DNA from: a virus
IMG/VR virus record: IMGVR_UViG_3300043788_000049
Span: 1 to 64,000 of that record
Strand: one strand, 5' to 3'
Length of the DNA: 64,000 nucleotides
Below, piece after piece: positions 39,829 to 48,249 of this stretch. Each line of letters begins with the position of its first letter. The first letter of the stretch is position 1. The position numbers and the translations under genes are program-made. The notes beneath the pieces were generated by a model. The model saw only the letters and a list, made by a program, of their open reading frames with translations, searched no databases and had not been told where the DNA came from.

Positions 39829-40124
39829 CCCACGCCGCCGAGGTCGAGCGCATCCTGGCCCATGCCGAGGAGTATCTGGCTCCGCCGCAGCGGGTTTTTG
39901 ATGCAGACTGGCTGACGGAGTGGTGCAAGGGCATGAGCGGTTTTTCGGCAGGGATCGCCGCCATATCCTGCGTGAGTTATTTCAAGCTAGATGAGCCAGA
40001 GGCGATGGTCGCCGACTTGCTTAACCGCCTTGGCTGGAGGGTGGCCGGAGCTACCGCGCGCGTCACAATCATTCGCAATGCCTTGAGCATCTTTGGCGTC
40101 CGGACGAAGCAGGCTCGCCCATGA
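39825..40124 (+). CDS. Small protein with the N-terminal motif
   Basis: MTHAAEVERILAHAEEYLAPP; ATGA overlaps. Confidence 0.7.
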   Translation: MTHAAEVERILAHAEEYLAPPQRVFDADWLTEWCKGMSGFSAGIAAISCVSYFKLDEPEAMVADLLNRLGWRVAGATARVTIIRNALSIFGVRTKQARP

Positions 40125-40420
40125 CCAACGACGCCCATAGCGCCCAGGTGGAGGCGATACTGGAGCAAATCGGGGCGTTTGCCTTCACCCCAGGAACCAA
40201 CCTGCGGGTCTGCGTAGGCCAAATCGTTCCAGGTGATGTGATCGTTTGGGACACATGCCAAAGGATCGTGAGAAAAGTCCGGCATACCGGCGGCCAATAT
40301 ATCGAAGTCTCAATGAGAGGCGTTGACGGTAAGGTGTTCGACGTCGATTGGGACGTCACTCATCACGTCGAAATCCTCACCCCGCCATTGCCGGAATGTA
40401 TCGCAAGAGGCTTGCTATGA
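40121..40420 (+). CDS. Small protein with the N-terminal motif and an SH3-like beta domain
   Basis: MTNDAHSAQVEAILEQIGAF...VGQIVPGDVI. Confidence 0.7.
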   Translation: MTNDAHSAQVEAILEQIGAFAFTPGTNLRVCVGQIVPGDVIVWDTCQRIVRKVRHTGGQYIEVSMRGVDGKVFDVDWDVTHHVEILTPPLPECIARGLL

Positions 40421-40644
40421 ACCCCGCCGATCACAAAGCCGCCGTCGAGGCGATCGAGGCAAAGGTCGCGGAGTATGAGGGGCCAGTGCCTGCCCACGAT
40501 CGCTGGACTGTCGATTTGGGTAGCACAACCATCACGCCACTCTTGAGCGGCAACTTTAACGTGCTGAGTGGGTATTACCTTGTCGCAACGCCGGAAGAGG
40601 CAGCAAAAAACCAACGAGCCTTTTGGGAGAACCTAGACCTATGA
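40417..40644 (+). CDS. Small protein with the N-terminal motif
   Basis: MNPADHKAAVEAIEAKVAEYEGP. Confidence 0.65.
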   Translation: MNPADHKAAVEAIEAKVAEYEGPVPAHDRWTVDLGSTTITPLLSGNFNVLSGYYLVATPEEAAKNQRAFWENLDL

Positions 40645-40889
40645 CCGACGCCGTGACCATCAAGTCCTTCTCCGAACTCGCCAAGGAATGGCGGACCCGC
40701 AACCGCTACTCCCGCCCCCAGCTCTCCGAGCTGACGGGATACTCCCCCTCGGCCATCCAGGACATCGAGGAGGCGATCTACCGCTCCCCGCCCCATCCGG
40801 TCAGCCCGGAGGTCATGCGGCGCTACCGGCTGATCTGCGCCGCGGTGGAGCACAAACTGACGGATTGGGAATTTACCGATCGGGGATGA
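40641..40889 (+). CDS. XRE-family HTH regulator
   Basis: KEWRTRNRYSRPQLSELTGYSPSAIQDIE. Confidence 0.75.
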   Translation: MTDAVTIKSFSELAKEWRTRNRYSRPQLSELTGYSPSAIQDIEEAIYRSPPHPVSPEVMRRYRLICAAVEHKLTDWEFTDRG

Positions 40890-40890
40890 A

Positions 40891-41163
40891 ATGACCCACG
40901 CCTCACAGGTCCAGGCCATCCTCGATCGCGTCGCGGAGTGGGAGACGCCGCATGCCGCGGTGATCGAAGCAGCCTTGGAGCAAGCCGCGCACATGGCTCC
41001 GGGCGAAGCCTTACGCTGGCTCAACGCTCGCTTCGGGACGCCAATCCCGCAGTTTTGGGTCCAGCACGAGGTAGGAACGTGGGGATCGATAATAAAGATT
41101 GAGGAGCGCATCGTTTGGCTGCGGCGAAATTGCCTCAGCCCGACGCTAGGCTCCGGGTCTTAA
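40891..41163 (+). CDS. Small protein with a tandem N-terminal motif (probable paralogue of 39008)
   Basis: [37 protein letters not shown]; shares LRWL..VQH..WLRR with 39008. Confidence 0.7.
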   Translation: MTHASQVQAILDRVAEWETPHAAVIEAALEQAAHMAPGEALRWLNARFGTPIPQFWVQHEVGTWGSIIKIEERIVWLRRNCLSPTLGSGS

Positions 41164-41516
41164 CCCGCCGGGACGCCGTCGCTCGACGGGCGTCCGAGAT
41201 ATGACGGGCCGGAAGCTTGCCGCCAGGATCAGCTCTCATGAACTCCTGGCCAACCTTCTTCGGGATTCCGAGTGTGGAATGGCCCGAGGCAGCAGCGGCC
41301 ATCGCACGCCGCTGAGGTTCGCTGACGGCGGGCAAGTTAGTGCCTCGCCTTGGCGAAGGTTTGGGCCAAGGTCGCCATCCGACGAATGCGAGGGTTCTTC
41401 GAGTTCTTGGCTTCAGCCACGCGCGCTGCGGGGATTTTCTGGCCCATCGGAACGCCAAGGGCCCGGTGTAATCCACCAGGGTGCCGCACGGCACCTGACA
41501 TCCAACCTTTGGCCAT
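41135..41516 (-). CDS. Two small basic phage proteins (41135-41336 and 41337-41516)
   Basis: [21 protein letters not shown] and [23 protein letters not shown] are recurrent small phage protein types. Confidence 0.55.
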
Positions 41517-42124
41517 CAGAAGCCCTCCGGTTCGGGGATCTTTACCCAAGCATTACAGCACGCCGCGCCTTCAATTGTCTTATCGAGATCGAAAACCTCG
41601 GGCAACGCCTCGTTGAGCGCCTGATAAAGTTCGCATTCTGGAATGCCGGTCCCATCGCCATCCATGTCAGCCATCCGACAGTGCTGGCAGCGGACGCGAG
41701 TGTCGTAGACGTAGCCGGCCGTCGAGGGCGACACGGCACCGCGCAGGCCACGAGCAAGCTCTGCGGCGTTCGAGTCAACGATCGCTTGGCATGGCACACC
41801 GACAGCCCAAGGTTGCCAGAACCCGCAAGACGAATCGTCGGTCACTGAAAATTCGCTGCCAAGCAGGACGCATCTGGCTCCGCGGACCGTGCCGTGCATG
41901 GAAGCTTCTGGGACGAATTGGGCACAATTCGAGCACTGGCCAAAATATCCCTTCCCGTCGAAGCCATCGCGCGGGGCCATATACAAAAACACGCTCCGAT
42001 CCAGCCTTGGCTCGGCCTTGACGGGCTCCTCGCCGGCTTCGTTCTCGGCCGGAGCGCGGCGGCCGAGGTTAGATCCTGGTCTGACGGTGACGCGGACCGG
42101 GGTTGCGGCGAGGGGGCGGGCCAT
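41516..42124 (-). CDS. Protein with two HiPIP-like Cys clusters
   Basis: CSNC-x17-C-x14-CGFW and CQHC-x14-C...CCNAW. Confidence 0.55.
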   Translation of the reverse strand: MARPLAATPVRVTVRPGSNLGRRAPAENEAGEEPVKAEPRLDRSVFLYMAPRDGFDGKGYFGQCSNCAQFVPEASMHGTVRGARCVLLGSEFSVTDDSSCGFWQPWAVGVPCQAIVDSNAAELARGLRGAVSPSTAGYVYDTRVRCQHCRMADMDGDGTGIPECELYQALNEALPEVFDLDKTIEGAACCNAWVKIPEPEGF

Positions 42125-42462
42125 CAGGCGTCTTCCTTTTCGTCAGGATCAGGCGCGGGGACGATGATAAAGCCGGCCAGATAGAGCCGCATCAGAATTT
42201 TGTCTGTGGCTCTGAGCAATCCCGTCCGCTCTGGCTTCGTTTCAATCTCGGTGTTGATGGCGTCAGCCAGGGCTATGCGCGCGGCCGCGCCGTGCCGGAC
42301 CCGATCAGTCTTGACGTCGCTCATCTGGATGCCTGTGGATGCCGAACTGGTGGGGATGGTGCTTGTCCCACTCGTATTGGACGACCGCGCCGCCACCGAA
42401 CGCAGCCACAGCGCAGCCGCCAAGCGTGACCGAGAGAAATGCGCAGATGATCAGGAGCCTCA

Positions 42463-42705
42463 TCATTCCCTCTCCATTTCGGCGATCATCATAACCGCGA
42501 TCTGAGTATAGAGGATGGAGCCTTCATTAAGGTGATGCTTTGTCGCGAAGATTTCCTCTTTGTCCGCCAGGATGGTCCAGATGAAAAGTCCGTCACGGTC
42601 GCTATCGAAGCCCGCAACCAGGGTATCGGCGACCCGATCGGGGACATGGCGCTTGCGCAGCTCCACCCCGACCTTGGCCTCCAGGACGTTGTGGCGCCCT
42701 ATCAT
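42463..42705 (-). CDS. Hypothetical protein
   Basis: ATGA-coupled. Confidence 0.5.
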   Translation of the reverse strand: MIGRHNVLEAKVGVELRKRHVPDRVADTLVAGFDSDRDGLFIWTILADKEEIFATKHHLNEGSILYTQIAVMMIAEMERE

Positions 42706-42902
42706 TTGAACAAAAGCGCCCTGACAGCCGCATCTTTTGCTTCCAATAACTTCCGTAGGGCGACCGTGCGCTCCGGATTCCGGGGCAGGCCCTCAATAAG
42801 CCTGTTCGCCAGGTCGCCAAATGGCTTGCTGACCTCCTGCAGCCCTGGCGGCAGGTGGTTGTAGCCGAAGAACTGCATAATCGGTTCGTTTTCTTCTGAC
42901 AT
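42702..42902 (-). CDS. Possible Acb2/Tad1-like helical-hairpin protein
   Basis: FFGYNHLP..LQEVSKPFGDLA..LP.NPERTVALRKLLEAKDAAVRA. Confidence 0.45.
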   Translation of the reverse strand: MSEENEPIMQFFGYNHLPPGLQEVSKPFGDLANRLIEGLPRNPERTVALRKLLEAKDAAVRALLFK

Positions 42903-43125
42903 CAGGCTTTTCCTTTCATCATCGCGCCCAGCGCCGCGAGGCCGGCGAAGGTCCGGCGCATGGCCGCCTGCCGGTCCTTCTCAGACTGCGGCTTAGGAGG
43001 CTTGCCCATTGTCGCCATCGTGGCCGGCTGGGCCGGCTTCGATGTGACCTTGGGAGGACCCATGAGGGCCGATGTCTGGGAGGGGACGAAGGCTTTCTGC
43101 GGGGCCAGATCCAAGGCGGCCTCCT

Positions 43126-43639
43126 TTAGGGCTTGAGGGCGCCCGCCGCGGCGATCCGCGCCAGATTGACCGCGATTCCGCCGAGCAAATCGATCAAATT
43201 CTCGACGGTCGCCACATAGGAAGGATCGGATTGTCCCGCGAGCGCGACAGCTTCAGCTTTCAGCTTTGCAACGACAGCATCAACGGCGTCAGGCGTAATC
43301 GGCGTGTTCATTTGCGTCACCTGTGTTTTAAAGCTTTTAGCCCAGCGCTTTCTCCGTGCGCCCGAGAGCCTCTTCAATTCGGCTCAAGTGCGCGTGAGAG
43401 TGTTCGACAATCGACCCGAGAGTCTCATGCAGTCCGTTCGGAACCGGAGTGGGTGCATTGCCGGGTTTTTCCGCCTGCTGCGGATATACGCCGCCTACGC
43501 GACTTGCGACCCTCTCGGCAGCATTAGCCAATTCAGTGATGCGGTCGATCACAGATTTCAACGCCAGGATGCGACCGGCTACGGTATTTTGGTCTACCGG
43601 AGCACTCGCCGTTTGTAGATTTGAATATTCAGCAGCCAT
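43126..43639 (-). CDS. Two small helical hypothetical proteins (43126-43311, 43337-43639)
   Basis: Co-oriented ORFs with plausible SD sequences. Confidence 0.45.
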
Positions 43640-43739
43640 TTTGTGCCCTCGTCAGTAATGCAGGATATAGCCCAGCAGGAATACCGTGGCGACCATCGGC
43701 AGCAGGAAGGCGTAGACGATCGCCACGTAAATCATAGCA

Positions 43740-44042
43740 TCACCAGCAGAGGCCGAATAGGCCGCAAGGCGCGCTCTTGGGCTCCGGCTTTGCGACTACC
43801 GGGGTTGTCTCGGGAGGATAGTGGTCGTGGTGATGGCGATGATGATGGTGGTGATCCCGATCGCGGTCATGGTGGTGGTGGTGACGTCCATCTCGGTCGT
43901 GGTCGTGATGCCCCCGGTGCCCGTGGTGATGCCCTTCATGATGACCCCAATGGCCCTCGCCCTTACCCTTGCCGTGGTGGGCAAGAGCCGGCGAGGCAAC
44001 TGCCAAGGTGAGAATAGCAGCGCAAGCAAGTAGTCTTTTCAT
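43740..44042 (-). CDS. Secreted His-rich protein
   Basis: Signal peptide MKRLLACAAILTLAVASPALA, poly-His/Asp/Arg tract, ends CGLFGLCW. Confidence 0.7.
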   Translation of the reverse strand: MKRLLACAAILTLAVASPALAHHGKGKGEGHWGHHEGHHHGHRGHHDHDRDGRHHHHHDRDRDHHHHHRHHHDHYPPETTPVVAKPEPKSAPCGLFGLCW

Positions 44043-44875
44043 ATGGTTAAGTCTCCTTTGAGCTGGGAATATCCCCTGTCGTCTACACCCGGAACCACAC
44101 GCAACACAGAACTAGCTTTAAACGTCGCCGCGATATGCCGCGCGAGCGGCAACGGTATCTTAGCGATCATGGCGCTAGCAGCTTTTCGGGCCGGGCTCTT
44201 GCTACTGCACATGCGGGACAATGATGGCTGGGATTGGTTTAACCAATCCCCTCCTTGTTTGATGCCATCGGCAAGAGCGTCCCGGCCATTTGCGGCATAG
44301 GGCCCGAACCAAGAGCCATTGCCGCCGTTCTTCACGCCTTCCCTCGCCTGTCTACCGGCAATGCGCGTAAAGTCTTGGCCGCGCTTGGTTTGGTCGCTCC
44401 AGTTCATGCCGGATGTTTTGTAAGAGTGACCTATCGGCATAAGCGCTGGTATGTCGCCCCATAGGTAGAACGAGCCGAAGTTCCAGCGCGCGCGACCGAC
44501 CCATTTCTGAGCGCCACGCACGTTCTCGACGATCAGCGGAATATGCCGCCCAGCCGCATCGCAAGCCTCGCGCTGAATGCGAAAGCACGCCTCGAATAGT
44601 GTGTTATCAGGCGGCGGAAGCGCCTTCGCCTTCTTCCAAGGCATGGCGCGGTAGCTGTAGGCTTGGCACGGCGGCGAGGCGACGATCAGCGCTACATCCC
44701 TGAATTGGCTGCCGTGGAGCGTCAGCACGTCTTGGAGCACGAGCTGGCCCGGATAGCGATGGCCGCCATATTCGTGGCGTTCGATGTCGAACCCGATGAC
44801 ATCGTAGCCCTCGGCGAGAAGACCATCGGTCCAGCCGCCGAGCCCGCAGAACAGATCAATCGCGAGCGGCTTCAT
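44039..44875 (-). CDS. DNA cytosine-C5 methyltransferase-like protein
   Basis: IDLFCGLGG, ASPPCQ, IVENV. Confidence 0.8.
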   Translation of the reverse strand: MKPLAIDLFCGLGGWTDGLLAEGYDVIGFDIERHEYGGHRYPGQLVLQDVLTLHGSQFRDVALIVASPPCQAYSYRAMPWKKAKALPPPDNTLFEACFRIQREACDAAGRHIPLIVENVRGAQKWVGRARWNFGSFYLWGDIPALMPIGHSYKTSGMNWSDQTKRGQDFTRIAGRQAREGVKNGGNGSWFGPYAANGRDALADGIKQGGDWLNQSQPSLSRMCSSKSPARKAASAMIAKIPLPLARHIAATFKASSVLRVVPGVDDRGYSQLKGDLTI

Positions 44876-45183
44876 GGCTGACACCGGAGAACCGCGCGCA
44901 AATCCGCCAACCCTATCTCCCCCCTGGCGAAAGCCTTGGCCGCCTCGCGCGCCGCCGCAGCGTCGTAGAGGCGTCGTGGCTGGCGCGGCTTGCGCTCAAC
45001 CTTGGCAGGCTTCGGCTTACGCGCCCAATGCTGGCCCCTCGCGTCCACCAAGCGGCCGTTCAGCACCCGCCGGACCTGCGATTTCGATACCCCCACATGC
45101 CGGGCGATCGCCCCATTGCTCCAGCCCTCCTCGCGGAGTTCGCGGGCGGTCTGATGCCAGGGGATGGCGGCTCTATCGAGCAT
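44872..45183 (-). CDS. HTH protein
   Basis: LREEGWSNGAIARHVGVSKSQVRRVL. Confidence 0.7.
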   Translation of the reverse strand: MLDRAAIPWHQTARELREEGWSNGAIARHVGVSKSQVRRVLNGRLVDARGQHWARKPKPAKVERKPRQPRRLYDAAAAREAAKAFARGEIGLADLRAVLRCQP

Positions 45184-45775
45184 CAAACTTCGTCTTCTCG
45201 TTGCCCCAGACTGTCCAGCCTGAGCGGGATTGACGGCCGAAAAGTTCGAGATACGGCCCAGAGACCAAGCGCTCAATGCGCTCCTGGACGCAATCCGGTT
45301 TGCGACTGTGCTCGCGACGGGGCTCGATAATAGCCTGCCTAACCCCAGAATCGCGGCGCTTCGGCTTGCCTCGCGTTGCCAACAAACAGATTTCGGAATT
45401 TGAGCGCGTCCAATAACCGAGCGTCATATGCGGGTCGATGTCGTCGCGGAACATATCGATTTGGCCAGCATGGGCCTTTACCCAGCAAAAACCGCAAGTC
45501 TTGTATTCAAAGCCCCACGCCTTGATCGTTCGGAACGACCATTCGATGACCGGCCAGCACGTCCAGAGGAACAGCACGCAATCGTCAGCGGCCAAATCGG
45601 CAACCGGGAGCGCGTTCAATTCATGCTCGCGCATGACCTCGTAATGAGGACCGACTGCGCGCGAAGCATAGGCTGCAGGCGTTTTCTCAGAGCGTCCGCC
45701 CCACCACAAATTGAAGGCCCACGGCGGATCGGCCAAGATCGCCCCAAACTTGCCCGCCGGGAGAGGATCAATCAT
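45173..45775 (-). CDS. MT-A70-family adenine methyltransferase
   Basis: ILADPPW, LFLWT, AWGFEYKT, GYWTRSNSE, REHSRKP, LELFGR. Confidence 0.92.
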   Translation of the reverse strand: MIDPLPAGKFGAILADPPWAFNLWWGGRSEKTPAAYASRAVGPHYEVMREHELNALPVADLAADDCVLFLWTCWPVIEWSFRTIKAWGFEYKTCGFCWVKAHAGQIDMFRDDIDPHMTLGYWTRSNSEICLLATRGKPKRRDSGVRQAIIEPRREHSRKPDCVQERIERLVSGPYLELFGRQSRSGWTVWGNEKTKFDAR

Positions 45776-46146
45776 TTGCGTCCGCGCTTCGGAAATGACC
45801 TCGACGGCCACTTCGACTTCGGCTTTTCCCGCCCCGGCTCTTTGGCCAGGAGCCGGGCGCGGAAGGCGGCTTGCTCTTTCGTGAGCCGCTTCGCCTTGGC
45901 GGCATTAGCGATGTCGGAGCCAGCAGTCGTTGCCGGCGAGCCGAAGGTCTTGAGTGTGTGGCAGTATTTGTGGACCGCCCGGAGGTTAGCCAGATCGTCG
46001 GCGCCGCCGATAGACAAAGCGATTTCGTGGTCAAAATCACAGTTATCCAGAGCCCCGATCCGCAAGCCGCATAGCGGGCAGATGGCCTGACGCGCCAGGA
46101 CCGAGGCTCTCGCCAAAACGCCCCAATGCCGGCGCTTGCGCTTCAC
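45772..46146 (-). CDS. HNH endonuclease (NinG/Rap-like position)
   Basis: CPLCG...DHEIALSIGGADDLANLRAVHKYCH..KT. Confidence 0.8.
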   Translation of the reverse strand: MKRKRRHWGVLARASVLARQAICPLCGLRIGALDNCDFDHEIALSIGGADDLANLRAVHKYCHTLKTFGSPATTAGSDIANAAKAKRLTKEQAAFRARLLAKEPGREKPKSKWPSRSFPKRGRK

Positions 46147-46625
46147 GGGTCGTCTTGCCTCGCTATTCCCATGTCCATGCGCGCCTTGGACCCCTCCAGC
46201 ATCTTGACCGCCACCGCCCGGAAGGCGTCGTAGGCCGCCAGGAACTCCTGCCGCTGCTCCGTGGTCATTTCGAGGCTTGTCGGGCCGTAGATGGAAACCC
46301 AATGATTGACGCCACCCTCGGTGGTGTTGAACTCCAGGCAGCGCTGGACGGGCGGGGGTGCGGGTTGTGACGCGATTGCAGGGTGCCTAACTGTTTGCTC
46401 CGCGACGACCTTTCGCATTTCTGCCTCTAACCCCCTCTCGGCGGCGATGAGCTGTGCGCTCAGACCGTCAGCCAACGGCAGTCCATTACGGAGGGCCGGA
46501 CGCACTTTCGTGGCATTGAACATCTGCGGTTTTCTCCTGAGTCGGGCCCCTATTTGATCGGCCCATAGGGCGACCGCCAGCAGGACCCCGATGGCGGCGG
46601 TGATGGCCCAATGGGCGGAGGTCAT
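46143..46625 (-). CDS. Hypothetical protein with N-terminal TM helix
   Basis: Coupled at both ends. Confidence 0.5.
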   Translation of the reverse strand: MTSAHWAITAAIGVLLAVALWADQIGARLRRKPQMFNATKVRPALRNGLPLADGLSAQLIAAERGLEAEMRKVVAEQTVRHPAIASQPAPPPVQRCLEFNTTEGGVNHWVSIYGPTSLEMTTEQRQEFLAAYDAFRAVAVKMLEGSKARMDMGIARQDDP

Positions 46626-47695
46626 GCGTGTCCTTCCAGTTCCTTCTTTCTTGCCTCGATGATCGCCAGCGCCTCGTGCTCGACGTCACTAGTCATATTG
46701 GGGAGGGAGTTGCGGAGCTTGCGCTGGGCCGGTTGTTTCCACCAACGGTCCAGTTCACCCCGATCCGTAATCCGCCCGATCGTGAGAAAAACATAGTTCG
46801 GATAATCCTGACCGGTTCGCGCCTCGATCACATCCGCTAACGGGCCAGCGGGGACGGCTGGGTCCGCGTCAGCCGCCCCCGTCACGCCCGCGGAAGGCTC
46901 CAGAGCAGGGGTAGGACCCTGGGCTTCCGCGGGCGCTGGCGATGCTCCCTTGTCGATCGTGGAAGGAGCGCTCGCTTCGGTCGCCGGAGCGCTTTGCTCC
47001 AGCGTTTGGTGGACATGGTCGGCATTGAAGCCCGCGCGCGCCGCAGCGGCGGGGCTGAGCCGGCCGAGCACGTTCGTCTTGGGGGTCACATCCTTGGCGT
47101 TGTCGGCGCCGATCGCCGAATCCTCAAGCTCGTCCTTACCGTAGGCACCCAGGAGAATATCTGGGCAATAGCGCCGGCACCATGCGCGCGCCGCCATATA
47201 TGCCTGCTGTTGGTCGGGATCATTCTTCCAAAGCGGTGAATTTTTTGGGTTAATGTCCTTGAACTTTGGTGTCCGATATTCGAGGGCGTCGACCTCGCCC
47301 TTCATGTGGCCGGTGCAGATGCAGACGCGCTCTGGCCCTTCGCCTTCATAGGTAAACCGCAGGCGTTGTTTCAATGGAGCCCGGCGCTCGATGACGGCAT
47401 GAAGAAGCTGGGCAAAATATCCTATCTGATCGTTGACGACATAAGACATTCGGGCAAGCGCAAAAGGCGAAAACCCCCACTCGTCCGCCTGAACGCAGAT
47501 AGCCAAACACGATCCTATGTTACCACGTAAATAGAGCGGGACTGCCTTGTCGGAGACGGCCATTAACCGCGAGAAATCCATCATCTCGGCGACGTTCTTG
47601 AACGAAATGCCGCCGACCTTATCGTCAATTTTGATAAGAGCTGTCTTTTCCTGATCGATTTTGCTCTCGATAGCTAAAACACGGTTGTCGCTCAT
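46622..47695 (-). CDS. RecT-like ssDNA annealing protein
   Basis: VPLYLRGN.GSCLAI..QA..W..SPF...NSPLWK.DP.QQ..Y.A.R.W.R.YCPD.LLG.Y..DE. Confidence 0.85.
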   Translation of the reverse strand: MSDNRVLAIESKIDQEKTALIKIDDKVGGISFKNVAEMMDFSRLMAVSDKAVPLYLRGNIGSCLAICVQADEWGFSPFALARMSYVVNDQIGYFAQLLHAVIERRAPLKQRLRFTYEGEGPERVCICTGHMKGEVDALEYRTPKFKDINPKNSPLWKNDPDQQQAYMAARAWCRRYCPDILLGAYGKDELEDSAIGADNAKDVTPKTNVLGRLSPAAAARAGFNADHVHQTLEQSAPATEASAPSTIDKGASPAPAEAQGPTPALEPSAGVTGAADADPAVPAGPLADVIEARTGQDYPNYVFLTIGRITDRGELDRWWKQPAQRKLRNSLPNMTSDVEHEALAIIEARKKELEGHA

Positions 47696-48249
47696 TGTTG
47701 CCCCCATTTGCCCCAATATTTTACGGCCGCTGCGGAATACGCAGCGCTTGCTTCTTCCGGCGTTCCAAATGCGCCAAGATGGATGAGCGTGCCGTTAATT
47801 CTTATCTTCGCGTGCCACCGCACGGTCTTCCTAACGGCTCGAAAAACACCCCTAAATCCAGACGTATTGTCGATTTGCTTGTTGCGGTTGCGAGCGTTTT
47901 CAACCTGCGTTGCAGGTCTAAGATTTTTCCACCTATTGTCAGACTTAACCCGGTTTATATGATCAATTTCGGCGATCGGCCATTCGCCGGTAATTATCAG
48001 CCAGATTAAGCGATGCGCTAGATACAGCCGACGCTTAATCTGGACCGCGACATACCCCTTTTTACCAATGGTGCCAGCAATTTGCCCAGCCCACCTTTTG
48101 CGCCACCACAAAAGCTTTCGGCCAGTAAACCCAGGCCATTCTTTCCACCGTAAAATTCCTGTTTCGCTTTCATATTCCAATATTGACCTGACAAATTGCG
48201 CCGACAGGTCGCTCTTCAATGGCTGGCCGTTATTGGCGAGAGCAGTCAT
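47692..48249 (-). CDS. HNH-AP2 homing endonuclease
   Basis: YLAHRLIW..DHINRVKSDNRWKNLRPAT..NTSGFRGV..HLGAF. Confidence 0.87.
   Translation of the reverse strand: MTALANNGQPLKSDLSAQFVRSILEYESETGILRWKEWPGFTGRKLLWWRKRWAGQIAGTIGKKGYVAVQIKRRLYLAHRLIWLIITGEWPIAEIDHINRVKSDNRWKNLRPATQVENARNRNKQIDNTSGFRGVFRAVRKTVRWHAKIRINGTLIHLGAFGTPEEASAAYSAAAVKYWGKWGQQ

Noticed and set aside
43820-43980. Tandem repeat or CRISPR-like array; plus-strand Val/Met-rich ORF 43821-44033
   Set aside because: Explained by His codons of the minus-strand gene; there is no repeat-spacer structure.
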